DNA of 64,000 bases, from the NCBI RefSeq assembly GCF_009914755.1, contig NC_060947.1; one strand, written 5' to 3'. This stretch comes from the human T2T-CHM13v2.0 reference genome, Homo sapiens. Both the position numbers and the translations under genes were made by a program. This document shows, piece by piece, positions 27,671 through 43,121 of this stretch (its first letter is position 1; each line of letters opens with the position of its first letter). Below the pieces are notes generated by a model. It ran no database searches, had not been told where the DNA came from, and was given only the letters and a program-made list of their open reading frames with translations.

Positions 27671-30600
27671 ATCCCCCTCTGCCTCCTCAGGTCCAGAGAG
27701 CCCGTCTAATCATCTGGTTTCATTCTGCCTGGGTTTTGTCAGAACTCGATGATTCTCCTTATGCCTTCCCCCATTCCACAGCTCTTTTTATGCCAGGGAA
27801 ATTAGCTGCCAGAGACCTGAGCCCCTCACTAGCTCTTTCCAAGGACTATATATCTTTGTTTCTGATCCCCTCAATTATGCTGTCTGCACCTAACACTGAA
27901 TGTAATGCTGTCCCGTACCCCAAAAGGCAAGTCCCTTCCCTGGCCAGACTATGGTCATCTTACCTCCCTGCAAGTTGCTAAAAATCAGACCAGGTACTAT
28001 TCTGTGATGGATTCTATCTTCTCTCTTCCCTAGAAAGACTCCACCATATGTTGCATTTATTTATTTATTTATTTTTTGGCTCAGACCCTGCTGGGACTCA
28101 GCCATCCCCAGCCAGGCCCCATGAGTGCTCAAAGGCCAGTGCTATTTCCTAAGGTATGTGTGTTGGATGTGGTCTGTTGGCATTTAACATCCATTCCCAC
28201 CTCGTTCCATTGTGTCTTCCCGTATACAAAAACTAGAAAGCTAAATGCCCTATTTCTCTGACTCCCTTGCAGCTAGGCTTTTGCACATGAGCAGGTTTTA
28301 CCAATGGGAATTCATACATAAGGCAAAGACCATGTTCCTACTGCTTTTCTGCCTTTAAACAGAGATGTGTAGTGTTTCCGAGGCTGATTTCCAATGTTTA
28401 ATTTGCACTACAGGGATGTCATATGTTCTTGCTTTGTGGCTTCTATTTCTTTATTTCCTTCTTCCCAATCAGCTTCCCCCTTCTTTGTATTCTGAATACA
28501 AACCCCAGACTGGAGTGTGCAGGTTCTGAAGAATGGTGAGGTAACTCAATGTGTCTGGGTGACCTTTGGAGACACATGGGGGATTGTAGGAGAGGGACAT
28601 CAATGGGGACTTCCTGGTCCCTGGATGGTGTGTTTCAGTGGTAGCCTCCTCTGAGTCTTCACCTTCTCAATTGTATCCGGGGCAGGATTTCTTCGGGTCA
28701 ATAAGTTCTGTGATGTTTGGGCAACAAACATCTTCAAACAATTGTCTAGCCCTTCAAACAATATGGGAAGCACCTGCTTCTCTGAATTCAAGACTTTTCT
28801 GTTTAGATACTCAAAGGGGTTTCTGTTTCCAGCACTGAAACCCAATAAATCCACCATGGTGCCTTGTGGGCTTGAACTACATTAGCACCTGGGTAAGTAG
28901 TGCAGGTTTTCCAAGAAGAACAATATCTGATGTTTTCCCCGTCAGCAGAGGTTTTCCAATGAATGCTGCCCAGACTGCATTCTTTACTAAACTAATCAGG
29001 CAGCAAAGAAGCAAGAAGGCATCACCAGGAGACCTAAGGGAGTCAGCCTCAGGCTGGTCCCAGCCCAATGTCTTCGTTCCCTTCTGCTTGGCTGCACCTT
29101 GCCATGGGGCCTCCTCTGATGTCCTTGAACTCTCCAGGCTGATGCTAGGAGACTATTCCCCCATCAGTCAGACCACATGGACAATGCCAAAGGTTAGTCA
29201 CCACCCAGAGATACTCCTCAGAATTTGTAAGAACAGCTTGTCTGTAACAAAGACAGGGGAAAGATACGAGGGTGGAGAATGATTAATGGCCCCTTCATAG
29301 CTGATGGAAAGCAAGTGTGATCTGCATTTGGGGTGTTGATACTTTCTCACACCACAACATTCCCACATGGTAGCAACCTGGGGGACAAAAACAACAGCCT
29401 TGTCTAGGGGAAAGAAGGGGGTGTCTGTGTTCTTCAGTTGCTTTGGAAGAGAGCATGCATTTCGGAAAGTGTTGCCATAGGGGGCTGTTGGGTTCCTGTG
29501 GAGTTTGGCAAAGTTGACGTCTCTGGAAAGTCCAAAGGTGATATATTTAATAGGCGGCTTGTTTTCTTTCTTCTTCGTGGTAAGTGTCTAATCCCAAGGG
29601 CAGTTCTTAAAGCAACACACAGCAGGTAAGGACAGACGAAGTCCCCATCGGGCTTCTACTGAAACCAAGTGGGATTCTGCTTCTGTAAGAGGAATACAAA
29701 GAAACACAATGAAGGGGAAGTTGATGGGGAGGCAAGAAACAAAGAAATAGAAGCCACAAAGCAAGAATGTATGAGTGGATGTGGACAAGGGACCCATCTC
29801 CATGAGATGCCTGTGGGCAGAAGGGAGCTGAAGCTCTGGAAGGGGGAAGGGGGAAGGAGGACCCTGGGGGAAAGCATCTCAAAGTGCACCCTCTCAACAG
29901 TCGCACTGGCTGGAAGGCTTCAGGACATTGTGAGTCTATTTCTAAACAGTACGGTTGTTTTACCAAGAGTCAGACACACAAACGTCCACTGGACACTTTC
30001 CCAGCACTAATCAAAATGCCTAGAGGTAAAAATTAGGCCAAAAATTTTAGATACTTTTTTCTCTGGTTATAAAGGTAACATATGGTCCATTGTGGAAAAT
30101 ACAACTAGGTAAGAAAGAACAAAGGTTTCATACAGTCCCACCGCCGAAGTCCCACTGGCAACTTCAGTGGGGTTCCAAAAATCTGCCTAGAGATATAACC
30201 TAAACTCACTTTCATTCAACAACTTTACAAAGGTCAGGCGAATAAAACAATGCTTTTGGAAGATTTCCACATTACCATAATAGAAAATAGATATAATCAT
30301 TGCTTTGCTGTATTTTCTTCTTTCTGTGGATCTTTCTAGAAAAAAAAAAGAGACCTTTCAATATATGAAGTTGTATATCCTCATTTCTTCACTAATTATT
30401 ATATTCTATTTTTCTATATAACTAAATATTATTTGAAAACACGCTTTTTGAATGACTGAATTAGTGTTCATTGTTTATAAATCTTCATTGTTTATAAATC
30501 TTTCACAATTTTCCAATTATTTTCTCAGGATAGATCCCTAAAAGCTGAATTACTATGTCAATGGGAACGTTTACTTCTAAAGCTTTTAACACTTTTTGTC

Positions 30601-31155
30601 AATTGTCTTACAGAAAGTTTGCACCAATTTACACTCCCACCACAATGTTTAAGAGTGCATTCAAAATACTTTTTGTATTTTGCTTTAGAAAACAGCCAGT
30701 CTCAGTCAATGTGATGCTATTGTGGAAATATATGAAAAAACCTGATATTTTCAGTCTTGTTTCTGCTGTGTATCTTTGGGAAAATTAGTTCACCTTTTCA
30801 TGACTTAGCTGTCTTAGGAACACCTCAAGCTCTAATATTTTTGAAATTGTGTTTTTTTAACTGAGAAAGATTTTTAAACGTAAAGACCATATTTTATTCA
30901 ATTAGTACAATGTCAAAGACATAATAGTATTAAATGAATGTATATACTATTGAAAGTCTGTTCAGCACTTGTGATTGGTAGAACTTAATACTCCTGCAAA
31001 CAGTCACTAGAATAAGTTATTAAGAGAGAGATTTGCATCTATTTTGTTCGTTACTGTATTGCCATGCCAAAATGCATGCTGGGAACATATGGGGTGTTTT
31101 ATAAATATATGTTCAATGCAAGAATGAATTCATGGGGAAAATTTTATTAACTGGA

Positions 31156-31635
31156 TGTAGCCAACACTGTTGGTGCTCCACCAATATCCCCTTGGTGCAC
31201 CTGCTGGTCACCTCCAGCTTTGGTGGCCAGATCACCCACACTGGCAGATTCCTGCTTCTAACACCTGGGTCTCTCTGCCTAAGACTTTATCTGGCCACAG
31301 TAGCATTCTCGGTCCATACAGGGCAAGCCAGCAGTGGTGGGGACCTAACACTTCCAGAAGCAATTCTCAAACAAGGAGGGATGGGATTTGGTGGATAAAT
31401 ATCCCAGCTTCCTCACCCCTTTGTGGGACATTTTTGAGTTATGTTTTACACAATCTCTCAGAGAATCCTTAGTAGGAATAAGCTCAGATGACCACAGCAG
31501 TAATCTGCTCATTCACACACCTTCTTTCCCATACTCCCTCGCCATGCTTCTTGGGATCACTTTGCAAATAAACTACTTGCACCCAAATCTTCACCTCAGA
31601 GTCTACTTTTGCAGGAACTCAAATGCTGGAATTGA
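31156..31635 (+). mobile_element. LTR16-like ERVL LTR
   Basis: TGTAGCCAACACTGTTGGTGC...AAATAAACTACTTGCACCCAAATC...; similar to the element at 48630-49112. Confidence 0.65.
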
Positions 31636-31777
31636 TGTTCGCAAAATTATTTAGGTCCATGACTTGAAAATGTATCCCCTTTTTTTTACAAGGAACACAT
31701 TCTCCATCATGGTAATTCTGAGAGAGGGAAGAAAGCTGGTAAACTCACTTGGCGACAGTGACAAAACCCCACATTTA

Positions 31778-32194
<417 letters not shown>

Positions 32195-33169
32195 TTATTA
32201 TACTAGAGAATTCAAATTGAAGAGTTAAATGTAGCTCAAAGCTGGAGAGGAGTCAGAATCTGTTCTCTCCCCTGGAGAAGACTTTGGCACCAGGATGCCA
32301 ATCACCACACATCAATGGTGTGAGTTACTGGAGCAAGGCAACCAAGGTTCATATTTTTCTGAATCCCTCCAGCTGTTATCACAGTGCAGAATACAAGGCA
32401 GGTCTTTAAGCAAGAGTTGTTCACTGCTTGAAGCATCTTTTGTGTACTTGGGGACTAATAAACAAGTATAGAAAACTGTATATATCAGTCAGGATTTTAA
32501 TTGCAGACAGCAGAATCCATTCTAACTAAGAAAAAATTTGAAGGCTAGAGAAGCTCTCAAAAGCCAGAGAATGAGTTTAGAGGCTGTGTGGTAAGGAACA
32601 AGGCTCACAAATCTCACCAAAGGACTGGTCCAAGAGAGACACCTCTGCCACCTTCTGGGCACCATCACAACAGCTGGCACCACCCACCCATTGATGCTGA
32701 ACCTTGCTGCCTCTGGAGGTTGGTGCTGCCACACTCACCCTGATGGATTCCATGCAGTAACACTGGCTCCTTCCAAGTCAAATGCTGACCTGCGTGTATT
32801 TGATTGGCTGAGCCCTGGTCTCTAGCCGCAAAGGAGGTCAGGAAAGTGAGACTCTTTCTTCCATTGTGGGAGATAGTACTTAAAAGATGGGGCACTCTGC
32901 AAATGAAAGAAAGATATTCAAAGGTGCTAGGTCAAAAAGGACATCCACTATACCTCACCCATCACTCTCCAGTGCCCTCCCCCACTGCCGTAATGCTTAC
33001 CATCCCTGAATACCTGTTAGCCCTGAGTTATGCCAGCCTAGTTAGTGGCATCTTTGTAAGGCTACATGCTGAACACCCAGCCAGAGAGGCAGAGGTTAGA
33101 GGAAGAGCCTCAATGGGTGATTGGAGCCACTGCCCAAGTTCAAGGACATATACCCTCATACCACCTAAA

Positions 33170-33495
33170 CCAGTATCGTCCAGTAGAAATATAGTATGAA
33201 CCACAAACACAAGCCACATATGCACTTTAGAATTGTCTAGTAGCCACATTTTAAAAAGAAACAGAAACAGATGAAGTTCATTTTAGTAATATCGTTTTTG
33301 TAGCCTAATATATCCAAAATATTAACATTTCAATAGGTCATCAGTATAAAAGTGAATTTTGAATAAGCTATATGATCCTTTTTTTTTTTCATACCAAGTC
33401 TTTGAAACCCAGTGTGAACCTTACACCCGTTGGACTAACCACATTTTTAGTGCTCAAGAGCCACATGTGGCAATTGGATCCCATGCGGGACAGTA
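33170..33495. mobile_element. MER33/MER3-like hAT element
   Basis: GTCCAGTAGAAATATAG...CTAGTAGCCACATT...GCCACATGTGGC...GGACAG. Confidence 0.7.
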
Positions 33496-33773
33496 AAGAC
33501 ACTCCTTTCAGGATGGCAGTACCCCTGCTGTGCCCTCCTCCTATTCAGCTGTGAGCCACCTGTCACACTTGTAGTGGGGCAGCCATTTAGAGAAGCCATA
33601 TTTCTATAATATAATGTAGTGAAGAATTGTTGCTTTATTGTCTTTAGGAGTTGAGCTGAGTTACAAAGTTTCTCACTGCTAGTCCTCAGTCCCCCTGGCT
33701 CCCTGGGAAGTCTATGATCATGTTCCCACTTTACTGCTGCCCTGCTGCTAATCCCTCCATGACTTCACCTTCC

Positions 33774-33970
33774 CCAGGGCTAAGGATCAGGCACTCACCT
33801 CAGATGCAAACTTTAAAGGGATGCCAAAAACTCAGTCATCGAGATAAATATTTTAATGCAATATTTTTAAAAATTAAAATCAATGCAAAAATCCATGATG
33901 AAGATAATATCAAATTTTTTAATGACAACAAGGCCCAACCAGGGCTGGTTTTAGGGCAAGGCAAGTGAGT
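33774..33970. mobile_element. Probable hAT MITE (MER96B-like)
   Basis: CAGGGC...GGCACTCACCTCAGATGCAAAC...AT-rich core; family assignment from memory. Confidence 0.45.
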
Positions 33971-36900
33971 TGGGTGGTGGGAGAACAGGGACTGGCCTTC
34001 CCTTCCCATTTCCTCAAGTGTCTCTAGACAATGGGACCACTTTCCTAGCACACAGTAAGTGCACAATATGTATTACTGGGGAAATGAATAAACGAATGAC
34101 AAAAAAAGTCATTTCTGTCTGGTTCTTCATTATTTAGTGTCAAATTCAGTTTTAATGAAATGCAGTAATATATTGGTTTGATACAATTGCAATCAAAATC
34201 CCACTGGATTTGTTTTAACTTGACAGATTGGCTCTCAAATTTACATTGAAGAATGAGTAGGTGAGAACAGTGAACAAGAACATGCAAGAAAAAGAGTTCT
34301 TTTAGTAAGCAAGAAAAAAATCTTCAAGAATGGTAGCCCTGTTTGGTTTCTGCTCCTTGTCTACACAACCCCCTGCCCCAGCTCCTGCACAGCCATGCCC
34401 CTGCAGCAGTTCTCCCACGTGGGGCAAATCATACTGCCAGGGACCCCCTTCTCCGCCCAAGCTGATCTTGGCAGGTAAGACATGGTTAAACAGACAACAA
34501 GGGGCTTGAAGGGGGAAAGAAGGAAAAGAATTCTCCCAAAGTGCGGCTTATGATCTGAGGAGTTTCTGAAATTGGGGAAGTAAGTTCCAGAGGTCCCAGT
34601 CCTACAGACCTTTAACCCCACTCTCCCACCCCTAGACAGCCCCCAGGTCCTGGCCACCTTGGTCCAGCCCTCTGGTAGCCTTGCCTTGCCCATCTCTCCT
34701 TTCTAGCAGCATCTGTTGGGTGACTCCTTTGTCTCCCACTTCCTGACCACCTCTAGCTGCCCGCACAGAGTGGATCTCAAAACCCAAGACAAGGACAGAG
34801 CTCTGCTTGGTCCAACTCTATCACTCACGCTTCTCTCTACCCTTAGTACTCTGTCCTCTCCCTCAACACACACATACACACACACAAGTAGATGCACACG
34901 CACATGCACAAAAACACTCACACAAGTGTCCCCACTCCCCTCTTTCTTGGTCTGTCTGTCCCAGCCAGTCTAGCTAGTTGTTCCTCTTTCTCTCTATCCC
35001 ATCACCCATGATACATTTGCATTCAGGAGCATGCACTTGACAAAACTCTATACTGCAGGGTTCCCTTTCTGCAGAGGGAAGCCTGGAATGGTGGGATCTG
35101 AGGTCGAGAGTCACCTAGCAAGCAGCAAGTTTAAGAGGTCCAGCCGGTGAGCTGGACTACTTAGGGAGGGACGGGGAGGGCTGTGTCAGAACAGAAGCCT
35201 GTAGCAGGGAGTTGGACCTCTCAGCCACGAGGACCATATGCACCCTTGGGTTGTGTGTGAGGGGTGTTGGTGCTGCTAAGCTGCCTCATCAAAGAATGTG
35301 AGTGGCAGAAAAGGATCAATCCAGCAGAATTTTGACATTGAAAATCCACTAACACCTCTCTCAGCACATGTCCCAGCGTCCCAATGTCATATCATACCCT
35401 CATTTACTCCAGCACCAGAGGTAGAAATGGGATAGGAGACAAAGGGCTAGACTCCTTCCTCTAGGCTGGAGTACTCATTTCCTTCCTTTCTTCCCTTGAG
35501 GTGAGGAGGCTTCTCCTTGGGATGTCCTCTGGCTTCCAGCTTCTTGGCTGTTCAAGGTGTGCCCCGCCATATACAAAAGTTCATGGTTGTGGCTTGGGCC
35601 TTCCCTGGCCGAAGTGACTGGGACCCTGGGAGTGAAGCCCTGTGTATGGAACCAGGCTCTCTGAAACCACACTCATGAGTCCTGAGAATGCCCCAAGGCC
35701 TCTGCCATGCTGCCTCCTCCCACGCCCCTTCATCTTCTTTCCCCTTCCTCCCCCACTCCCCTTCTCCTTGTACCAGACAGCACGGCACAGTCCTGAGGAA
35801 CCTGGGTGCCCTCCTGCATCATCTACATCCAAGGCAATGTTGGCGAAAGAAAAACTGACCCAAGAACAATTGCCAGCTAATATATTACTGTGATTATTGA
35901 AGTCATTCTGTACTTTCTGGAAAGAAAACATCACTAACTTGTTAAATGGGTCTTCTTTCTTGGTCTGACAGGATTAGTCTTCCATCATCTTCCTTCCTAC
36001 AAAGACAACTGGAACTTTCCAGAGCCAAGACCTTTCCGTCCCCTTTGCCAGTCTTTCTCTGTTCCGTCGAAGCTTCCCTATCATGTGTTCACATTGTCAG
36101 GATTTTACCTGGTGTCTTATCAGCTGATTAATAAAGCAGTGATTTTCAAACTGATCTGTATAAAGATTTAATATGAATTTCTTGCCTATATATAAAATGC
36201 TTGCATTATTTTTAAAACTATAATTTTTAAAAGCCAACACATTCCAATAACTGCAAACAAAATGGCACCACCATGAATATGCAGGTGGGCATATTTTGCC
36301 AAACTTTGGAATAAAGTGTCTCCTACTATCTCTAAAAGTACCTTTGAGCTTCTTGTGAATTAGCCCTTGATCAGAAAGAAATGCTTAGTGTGAGTCTTGA
36401 AAAATATCCAGGCCTGCACACATCTGTTCACATACACTAGCCCGGGGTGCCCAGACCTGAGCCTGGGTGCTCTGCACTTAAGAGTCTGTCACAAAAGTAC
36501 AGCTACACACCAGGAATCAAGACAGCATGTTATGAAAATAGTCACTGGAAATGATCACCTTGGGGCTTTTCTTTTTTGCACTGTCTTGTATGTGACTTTC
36601 GCCTGAACAGTCACGGGCATCCACATGGCCTTGAGGATCGTTGGAGGCAAAATGCGAAGAGAGGATATTCCAATTTTACTGTTCAAATTAAGATCTTGAA
36701 GCCCACAGGAAAAGAAAATCATTTTGAAAGCGAGAGCAAGATTGCTTAAGAGGAAAATCTCTTGATAGAGAGAGAAGTACAGTTTCTACTGTAATAATTA
36801 ACTGGAAAGAAAATTGTACTCACAATAAAATGAATGAGATGAATGTATTCTCCTAAGATAGTGCACACACCCCAGTTTCCTAGTTCATGTAATTTTTCAT

Positions 36901-39060
36901 GTAATATTTCATGCAATATTGCCTTTGCTGTCGTGTTTCTCTCTCCCAGCACCAATGGCAACATTAGAAATAAGGGACACATGTGGCTGCTAGAATTTTT
37001 GCTCATGCTCTTAGCACGAATCGCAGTTTGGGGAAAAGTATTCACTCATGCTAATTGAAGCTTAAAGAATGGGAATTTTAGTGGGTGAGCTTCTATGCTC
37101 TGATATTGGTTATGCCTCCTCTTAGGCATCATCTCCAGCTCTTCCTAAGATATATACCGCAACTAACTGTAGTGGTGAGTTCACCACTCTCTCTTGTCCA
37201 TAAAGGACTCGAACTCGAAGATGATGGGTTGCAAGATGAAAATGACCCAGATCCCAGTAAGTGTTGAATTAGAACCGCCAAGGAGAACTCACAGACCTGC
37301 ATCAGATTGTGAGCAAAAACCAAACTTTTGTTGTGTAAATCACTGAGCTATTGGGGTTATTTGTTGCTGCAGTATGGTCTATCCTATCTTGACTCATATA
37401 ATATCTGGTGATAGAGATTAATGGAAGAAGAAGTAAAATGTCTATAAGTGTGGCCCAAAGAAAGCAACCCCTAAAGTGATGAGGTAGGTTTTCCAAGAGT
37501 ATGGCCCCAGCTCAAAGTCCAGCACCTCAATTTATGAAGTTTCAGGCAGAGGAACTTGGCCAATGCAAAGGAAAAAAGATATCCTTCCTTTCAGGCTTTT
37601 TTTGTGGCTGAAGATTGAAATTTATCTATAATTTGTCATTTAACATCCCTTTGCATGATTTAAATAAAAAGTAAGTTTGATTCCAAAGCACAAAACCAAG
37701 AAAAGCCAAAGCATAAAACCAATCTTTTTTTAAAGAATTTTATATCAGATGGGAAAAACTTCATAAAACCCTAGAGCTATCCCTTTGTGCATATCATGAG
37801 TCTACTCATTTTTTTCTTCAAGAATGAATTTTCCTTGCTTTGAGTCAATCCAGGCAGTCAAAAACACTGTAAAAGACCATATAGTTTTCCTGATCAAATG
37901 TGCATGGATTATAGACTGTGCCAGCTATGGAATGCACTTTGTTTGAACTTTAAACTCATTTCAGTCCCCAGTTTTACTATCAGGTGGTCTTTTTTTTTTT
38001 TCCATACAATTTTCTCTAAGTTTCTACTCTGTTCAGGGAACAATTGAAAAGGTGGTATGCAGTTAAAATTAAAACCTGCCACTTCCCACATAAAATATGT
38101 AAATAGTGCAAGGCAGTTTGCATTTCTAAAGGCAGCAACTTCAAATTATCTTAAGGAGTATCAGAAAAACCATGGATTAATTTACCCAATGTCCTCCAAC
38201 CCTTCACTTTCCACAGGATTTTTATTCTAATTAATGGGAAGCATTAAACATCTGCCATTTTGTAGAGTTAGTTTATTATCTGCATATGGCTGAGTGGATC
38301 CCTTAATCACATTCTTCAACTTATATGAAAAGCAACCAAAATGGAAAATTTCTTATGGCTCCTGCCTTGGAAAAGAATACACTAGTCAATATGAAAAGAT
38401 TCAGGCTATGGGGAGATCTGGTGTGCTTATAGCTACCTTGAGTCTTAGGTGTCTAACTGAGACACTAGAGCCTCAGGGAGACTATGCAGAACTGAACATT
38501 GTTGAAAAGCACCTGTGGAGGTCACAGCCAAAAGGCATAGGCTCATTGAAAGACTGACACCTAATCACAGGACTACAGAACACTTCCCCTCTTCCCAAAC
38601 TTTACCACCACATCACTAGGGCTCCCATATAACAGCAAAGAAATACAACTGAAATAACTGCATGTCTCAGACCTTATTAAAGAAGCCTCTAAGAAAACAC
38701 AAAGACAACAGGGGAGACAAAAACAAGAACACGAGAGAAAATTTTAGCCTTTAACACCTACTGCTACAGCAAACCATAAAGACAGCCTAAGTCCCAGCCA
38801 GATAAACATAAAACCTTACATTAAAGGCCTATTTACCTTGGTTGTTTTCACCAGTACATCATGTGTGGCTTTCAACAAAAAACTACAAGCCATACTAAAA
38901 CACAAAAAACCACAGTCTGAAGAGACAAACCAAGCATCAGAACCAGATGCAGATACAGCAGAAATTTTGAATTATCAAACCAGAAATTGGAAACAATTAT
39001 AATTAATTTGTTTAGGGCTCTGATGGAAAAAGTCACCAACACATAAGAACAGATGATTGA

Positions 39061-39361
<301 letters not shown>

Positions 39362-39372
39362 AAGAACAGATG

Positions 39373-39655
<283 letters not shown>

Positions 39656-41024
39656 AAGAACAGATGAGTGATGTAAGAAGAGAGATGGAAACTCTAAGAA
39701 ACAACCAAAAGGAAATGCTAAAAATCAAGAACACTGTAACAGAAATGAAGAATGCATTTGCATGTTGGTTTTGGCAATAGACTGGACACAGCTGAGAATC
39801 AGTAAGCTTGAAGATATGCCAATAGAAACTTCCAAAACTGAAATTCAAAGAGAAAAAAGAAACAGACACAACAAAATATCTAGGCACTGTGAGACAATTA
39901 CAAAAGATGTCACATATACATAATGGAAATACTAGAAAAAAAAAAGAGAGAAGAGAGCAGAAGGAATATTTGAAATAATAGCAACTGAGAATTTTCCAAA
40001 ATTAATGGTAGACACCAAACCACAGATCCAGGAAGCTCAGGTAACACCAAGTAGGTTATATACCAAAAGGTCCACATCTAGGCATGTCATATTCAAACTG
40101 TAGAAAATCAAAGACAAAGAGAACAAATGGAAAGAAAAAAAGAAATACCTTACCTATAGAAAAGCAAGAAGACTACGAACAAGTAAATAGATTTATCTCG
40201 GATTTCTCTTCAGAAACCATACTAGCAAGAAGAAAGTAGAGGAAAACATTTAAAGTGTTGAAAGAAAAAAAAAACCACCACCCTCAAATACTGTATCCAG
40301 TAAAATTAACCTTCAAGAGTAAAGGAAAAATAAAGACTGTCTCGGACAAACAAAAATTGAGGAAATTTGTCACTTGTAGGCATTCATTACCTGTGGGGTT
40401 GTTCAATACACTCTCCTAGGGCAACTGGTTGACTAAATCAGAAAAAGAAGCCCAAAACTTAGAATCTTACCTCACACCAATTCCACAAAATAAGTTCTTG
40501 ATGTGTTAATGGTTAAACACAATTTTAAACAAATGCTTAAATCATATTGACATAGTAACAAACTTTCTAACTATAAAAGCAGAGAGTGACATAAATATGA
40601 TCATCTAAAAACACCAGAAATAAAAGTAAAAGGCAAATGACCAACCAGAGAAAATTTTTGCACTATATTTGATATTTTTCATCTATGTATTTTTAAAATT
40701 AGTTTCTTTTAAAAAATGCAATCCTAATGGGAAAAAATAGTTGAAGAATATGATAGACACTTGACAACAAAAGAAATACAAATGGTTAATAAATGTGTGA
40801 GAGAGAATGTTCAACTTCCAACTAAGAAAGGAATGCAAATGAAAACAATACTGTTTTCGCCTTTCAAGTTGATAATCACGTTTAGAAATTAGACTACTCT
40901 GTTTTGACAAATATTGTGATATGAATAGTCTTATTACTTTCACCAAACACTATAAATTGGTAAGATTTCCTGAAGGACAATTTGGCAATATGGATCAGTG
41001 GCCTTAGGAAATCGTCATGAACTT

Positions 41025-41367
<343 letters not shown>

Positions 41368-42007
41368 TTATCATCAGAATAATCATCAGAAACTTGTGAA
41401 TGATGAACATACAAGGTTGTCTATGATGGAAAAACTTGGGAATAACCTAGAGGCATGGCTAAATAAGTGGCACATTTATTTAATAAAACCTTAAGCATCT
41501 ATGAAAGAACATATTTTCAAGGAATATTTAACCATATGAGAAAATGCTTTAGAATATAAAGGGAAAAGCAAGATATAAAACTGTATATTTCATATCCTAA
41601 TTTTATAGTAAAATGCATGAGGAAAGCAATGAAGAAATGTTAATGGCAGTCTCGGTAGTGAAATTATGGGTGGTTTCTAGTTTATTCCTTATTCTTTTCA
41701 GTGTTTTCCCCCACATTTTCTATAATAAAAAGTTTTTACCTTTATAATCAGGAAAAAAGTAAATGAAATGTTATAAACCTTTTCAGCTTAATCATATTGC
41801 TAGAGGGAAATTCTATTCTACCTTGATTATTTGTAAAGTTGAAAGGGTGTTTGTCAGACCTGGTAGAACCTGTGTGCATTAAGGACTGACTCCAGGTCAG
41901 CTATTCGGATGGGCCCTAGAAACTCCCACTTTTTTACTCAGGCAACTTCCGAGCTCATTGTTTTCCATACCAGTCCTGCCTGTGCACAACTTGAAAGGGT
42001 GAAAAAA

Positions 42008-42133
42008 ATTTTTTTTTGAGACAGAGTCTTGCTAATGTTGCCCAGGCTGATCTCCAGCTCCTGAGCTCAGGCAATCTTCCTGCCTCAGCCTCCCAAGTAG
42101 CTAGGACTACAGGCACGCACCACCATGCCCAGT
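42008..42133 (-). mobile_element. FLAM-like Alu monomer
   Basis: T-run and a single arm ending CACCATGCCCAG. Confidence 0.8.
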
Positions 42134-42349
42134 GGCCTGAAGTGTGGAATTTTTAAACAACTCAGGTGAGATTTCTCAGAAAATGTATTTGGTTGGCAGC
42201 TGCGTACTCAGTGAAGAAGTGAAAGTAACGGGGAATAAAGGTGGGGGATTCCTTGAAAAGCATTCATTTCAGTTCCAATTATTTAGAAAGAAAAGGAAAG
42301 GAGGAGAGTACTCCTTGGATCTAAAAAAAGAAATCGGTGCAGTGTCCAT

Positions 42350-42862
42350 TGAGGGTCACTGTTCCCGTTGCATAATACTGTGTAACAAATCACTCCAAAG
42401 CTTAATGGCTCAAAGCAATACTCATTTACCCTCTCTCGTGGCTTTCTGAAGCTTAGCTAGGTGGTTCCGGCTTAGGGTCTCTCACGAGGTTGCAGTTAAG
42501 GTGTCAGTCAGAGCTTCAGTCATCTGAGGCTCGCCTGGCACTGGCGTCACTACAAAAAATCAGTTCCAAGATGACTCACGCATATGGCTGGCAAGTTGGT
42601 GCAAGCTGTTGTCTCTAGGTCTCAGTTCCTATGTGGGACCCCATACAGAGCTGCAGAGGTGTGCTCATAGCATGGTGGCTGGCTTCCCCCAGAAGGAGCA
42701 ATCCAAGGCAGAAGCTGCAATGCTTTTTATAACCTAACTTTGGAAGTCACACACTGTCATTTCAGCAATATATGATTGGTGACATTTCAGCCCTATTCAA
42801 TGTGGGAGAGGTGGGAATACCAGGATGCAGGAATCATTGGAGGCCATCATGGAAGCTGATGG
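42350..42862 (-). mobile_element. MLT1 (F/G-like) MaLR LTR
   Basis: TGTGTAACAAATCACTCCAAAGCTTAATGGC...GGAAGTCACACACTGTCATTTC...GGAGGCCATC. Confidence 0.7.
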
Positions 42863-43121
42863 CCCTTTTGTTTAGGCATGGTTCCCACCTCCCCCAGTGT
42901 GAAAGGAAGCTGACCCATCCTCAACATCACTGGTGGGTTTCATTGGACTAAATGTAATAATGGCCCCTTTGACAATAATAGGATCAACACCCCAAGACTA
43001 AGCCAATTAGCACATGGCATTCTCCCAGCTTCCAGGATCATTCAGGGGTTGGCATATGACAAGATTCAGACCAAAGAGGCATAAAAGGACACTTTCAAGG
43101 AGGTTATTAACGTAGAGCCAC

